DNA of 64,000 nucleotides. Origin: Eledone cirrhosa (Eukaryota). The notes under the pieces were generated by a model. It saw only the letters and a program-made list of their open reading frames with translations, was not told the DNA's origin and did not search any database. The stretch is from assembly GCA_964016885.1 (NCBI GenBank), contig OZ024750.1, positions 37,944,001 through 38,008,000 on the forward strand, written 5' to 3'. The position numbers and the translations under genes were made by a program. Positions 60,401 to 64,000 of this stretch are shown here, piece by piece (position 1 is the stretch's first letter; the number at the start of each line of letters is the position of its first letter).

Positions 60401-61400
60401 TATGGCTAACCTGTACACTGTATGTGATGTACCATGAAGCTATGACTAACCTATACACTGTATGTGATGTACCATGAAGCTATGACTAACCTGTACACCG
60501 TATGTGATGTACCATGAAGCTATGACTAACCTATACACTGTATGTGATGTACCATGAAGCTATGACTAACCTGTACACTGTATGTGATGTACCATGAACG
60601 TATGACTAACCTATACACTGTATGTGATGTACCATGCAGCTATGACTAACTTGTACACTGTATGTGATGTACCATGAAGCTATAGCTAACCTGTACACTG
60701 TATGTGATGTACCATGAAGCTATGACTAACCTGTACACTGTATGTGATGTACCATGAAGCTATGACTAACCTGTACACTGTATGTGATGTACCATGAAGC
60801 TATGACTAACATGTACACTGTATGTGATGTACCATGAAGCTATGGCTAACCTGTACACTGTATGTGATGTAACATGAAGCTATAGCTAACCTGTACACTG
60901 TATGTGATGTACCATGAAGCTATGACTAACCTGTACACCGTATGTGATGTTCCATGAAGCTATGACTAACCTGTACACTGTATGTGATGTACCATGAAGC
61001 TATGACTAACCTGTACACCGTATGTGATGTACCATGGAGCTATGACTAACCTATACACTGTATGTGATGTACCATGAAGCTATGACTAACCTATACACTG
61101 TATGTGATGTACCATGCAGCTATGACTAACCTGTACACTGTATGTGATGTACCATGAAGCTATAGCTAACCTGTACACTGTATGTGATGTACCATGAAGC
61201 TATGACTAACCTGTACACTGTATGTGATGTAACATGAAGCTATAGCTAACCTGTACACTGTATGTGATGTACCATGAAGCTATGACTAACCTGTACACTG
61301 TATGTGATGTACCATGAAGCTATAGCTAACCTATACACTGTATGTGATGTACCATGAAGCTATGACTAACCTGTACACTGTATGTGATGTACCATGAAGC
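46700..61400. repeat. Higher-order repeat of 4,962 bp (124 monomers), about 3 near-identical tandem copies
   Basis: CTTAACGG at 48801/53763/58725; GAATTC at 49951/54913/59875, 51592/56554 and 51753/56715. 124x40 plus three 41-bp monomers minus one 39-bp monomer = 4,962. The first copy lacks one monomer near 47,520 (46831 to 51753 = 4,922). Confidence 0.95.
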
Positions 61401-62990
61401 TATGGCTAACCTGTACACTGTATGTGATGTAACATGAAGCTATAGCTAACCTGTACACTGTATGTGATGTACCATGAAGCTATGACTAACCGGTACACTG
61501 TATGTGATGTACCATGAAGCTATGACTAACATGTACACTGTATGCGATGTGCCATGAAGCTATGACTAACCTGTACACTGTATGTGATGTACCATGAAGC
61601 TATGACTAACCTGTACACTGTATGTGATGTACCATGAAGCTATGGCTAACCTGTACACTGTATGTGATGTACCATGAAGCTATAGGTAACCTGTACACTG
61701 TATGTGATGTACCATGAAGCTATGACTAACCTGTACACTGTATGTGATTTACCATGAAGCTATGACTAACCTGTACACTGTATGTGATGTACCATGAAGC
61801 TATGACTAACCTGTACATTCTATGTGATGTACCATGAAGCTATGACTAACCTATACACTGTATGTGATGTACCATGAAGCTACGACTAACCTTTACACTG
61901 TATGTGATGTACCATGAATTCTATGACTAACCTGTACACTGTATGTGATGTACCATGAAGCTATGACTAAACTATACACTGTATGTGATGTACCATGAAG
62001 CTATGATTAAACTTTACACTGTATGTGATGTACCATGAAGCTATGGCTAACCTGTACACTGTATGTGATGTACCATGAAGCTATGGCTAACCTGTACACT
62101 GTATGTGATGTACCATGAAGTTATAGCTAATCTGTACACTGTATGTGATGCAACATGAAGCTATAGCTAACCTGTACACTGTATGTGATGTACAATGAAG
62201 CTATGACTAACCTGTACACTGTATCTGATGTACCATGAAGCTATAACTAACCTATACACTGTATGTGATGTACCATGAAGCTATGACTAACCTGTACAAT
62301 GTATGTGATGTACCATGAAGCTATGACTAACATGTACACTGTATGTGATGTACCATGAAGCTATGGCTAACCTGTATACTGTACGTGATGCACCATGAAG
62401 CTATGCTAAACGGTACACTGTATGTGATGTACCATGAAGCTATGGCTAACCTGTACAATGTATGTGATGTACCATGAAGCTATGACTAACCTATACACTG
62501 TATGTGATGTACCATGAAGCTATGACTAACCTGTACACTGTATGTGATGTACCATGAAGCTATGGCTAACCTGTACACTGTATGTGATGTACCATGAAGC
62601 TATGACTAACCTGTACACTGTATGTGATGTACCATGAAGCTATGGCTAACCTGTACACTGTATGTGATGTACCATGAAGCTATGGCTAACCTGTACACTG
62701 TATGTGATGTACCATGAAGCTATGGCTAAGCTGTACACTGTATGTGATGTACCATGAAGCTATAGGTAACCTGTACACTGTATGTGATGTATCCTGAAGC
62801 TATGACTAACCTGTACACTGTATGTGATGTACCATGAAGCTATGGCTAACCTGTACACCGTATGTGATGTAACATGAAGCTATAGCTAACCTGTACACTG
62901 TATGTGATGTACCATGAAGCTATGACTAACCTGTACACTGTATGTGATGTACCATGAAGCTATGACTAACCTGTACACTGTATGTGATGT
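61400..62990. repeat. Paralog of ~44,760-46,380 (offset about 16,605 bp)
   Basis: Shared rare variants in the same order: CCGGTAC, GCTACGAC, GAATTC 45311/61916, GATTAAACTTT, GCAACATG, GTACGTGA, GCTAAACGG 45800/62405, CCTGAAG. Confidence 0.88.
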
Positions 62991-64000
62991 ACCATGAAGC
63001 TATAGCTAACCTATACACTGTATGTGATGTACCATGAAGCTATGACTAACCTGTACACTGTATCTGATGTACCATGAAGCTATAACTAACCTATACACTG
63101 TATGTGATGTACCATGAAGCTATGACTAACCTGTACACTGTATGTGATGTACCATGAAGCTATGACTAACATGTACACTGTATGTGATGTACCATGAAGC
63201 TATGGCTAACCTGTACACTGTATGTGATGCATCATGAAGCTATGCTTAACGGTACACTGTATGTGATGTACCATGAAGCTATGGCTAACCTGTACAATGT
63301 ATGTGATGTAACATGAAGCTATGACTAACCTATACACTGTATGTGATGTACCATGAAGCTATGACTAACCTGTACACTGTATGTGATGTACCATGAAGCT
63401 ATGGCTAACCTGTACACTGTATGTGATGTACCATGAAGATATGACTAACCTGTACACTGTATGTGATGTACCATGAAGCTATGGCTAACCTGTACACTGT
63501 ACGTGATGTACCATGAAGCTATGGCTAACCTGTACACTGTATGTGATGTACCATGAAGCTATGGCTAACCTGTACACTGTATGTGATGTACCATGAAGCT
63601 ATAGGTAACCTGTACACTGTATGTGATGTACCATGAAGCTATGACTAACCTGTACACTGTATGTGATGTACCATGAAGCTATGGCTAACCTGTACACCGT
63701 ATGTGATGTAACATGAAGCTATAGCTAACCTGTACACTGTATGTGATGTACCATGAAGCTATGACTAACCTGTACACTGTATGTGATGTACCATGAAGCT
63801 ATGACTAACCTGTACACTGTATGTGATGTACCATGAAGCTAAGGCTAACCTGTACACTGTATGTGATGTACCATGAAGCTATGGCTAACCTGTACATGGT
63901 ATGTGATGTACCATGAAGCTATGGCTAACCTGTACACTGTATGTGATGTACCATGAAGCTATGGCTAACCTGTACACTGTATGTGATGTACCATGAAGCT
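62990..64000. repeat. Partial further copy of the HOR segment ~58,470-59,480 (offset 4,520 bp = 113 monomers)
   Basis: CTTAACGG 58725/63245, GAAGAT 58915/63435, AAGGCT 59321/63841. Confidence 0.9.

Larger units (their letters stand above)
1..64000. repeat. Tandem satellite array of a 40-bp monomer (about 1,600 copies, single orientation, open at both ends)
   Basis: Consensus GTGATGTACCATGAAGCTATGACTAACCTGTACACTGTAT repeats without intervening sequence from base 1 to 64,000. Most monomers differ from consensus by about 0-3 substitutions. Common variants: positions 21-22 GA/GG/AG, position 30 G/A/T, position 9 C/A, position 28 C/A. Confidence 0.99.

Noticed and set aside
1-64000. CRISPR array (repeat length near the CRISPR range)
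   Set aside because: Monomers abut directly with no unique spacers, and there is no leader or cas gene.
1-64000. Repetitive protein-coding ORF on the + strand (VMYHEAMTNLYTV-like reading)
   Set aside because: Stops occur at monomer positions 2, 12, 20 (TGA) and 24 (TAA). Because 40 is not a multiple of 3, every frame closes within about two monomers.
1-64000. ORF on the - strand
   Set aside because: Two in-frame TAG codons per monomer close each frame every 120 bp, and the only consensus ATG gives 9 codons (MVHHIQCTG). Indels are too sparse to make a long frame.
1-64000. Telomerase-type telomeric repeat
   Set aside because: There is no G-run or G-strand bias (8 G and 8 C per monomer). Variants are inherited in kb-scale blocks, which indicates recombinational rather than template-directed synthesis. 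A subtelomeric location is not excluded.
1-64000. Variant order as an information-bearing code or diversity-generating cassette system
   Set aside because: The order is adequately explained by nested duplication of point mutations. No reverse transcriptase, recombinase, expression site or target gene is present.
1-64000. Embedded transposon, inversion or unique island
   Set aside because: None was seen on reading through, and the indel tally accounts exactly for the repeat phase at the end of the window.
1-64000. Purely artefactual sequence (rolling-circle concatemer or synthetic)
   Set aside because: Hierarchical sharing of variants at several divergence levels fits evolutionary history rather than random error on one template. 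Copy numbers of the youngest blocks still need read validation.

Overview
The whole 64-kb window is one uninterrupted, head-to-tail tandem array (satellite DNA) of about 1,600 copies of a 40-bp monomer, consensus GTGATGTACCATGAAGCTATGACTAACCTGTACACTGTAT (40% GC, no CpG). The array runs off both ends. I found no genes, RNA genes, transposon insertions, CRISPR spacers or orientation switches. The information lies in the order of rare monomer variants, which reveals nested higher-order repeats (HORs) in three variant-defined domains. Domain A (about 1-27 kb) has a ~1-kb module in 10 copies and duplications at offsets of 5,636, 5,957 and 7,757-7,957 bp. Domain B (about 27-41 kb) has irregular 1-2 kb blocks plus 3,038-bp and 520-bp duplications. 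Domain C (about 41-64 kb) has a young 4,962-bp (124-mer) HOR in about 3 copies nested in an older ~6.8-kb repeat. My catalogue of 43 length-variant monomers sums to -18 bp, matching the repeat phase at base 64,000. An array of this size and layered architecture is typical of eukaryotic centromeric, pericentromeric or subtelomeric heterochromatin, but organism and function cannot be determined from the sequence. I cannot name the family, and I see no evidence of a protein-encoded novel system. Block boundaries are approximate (a few monomers); marker coordinates were counted by hand.
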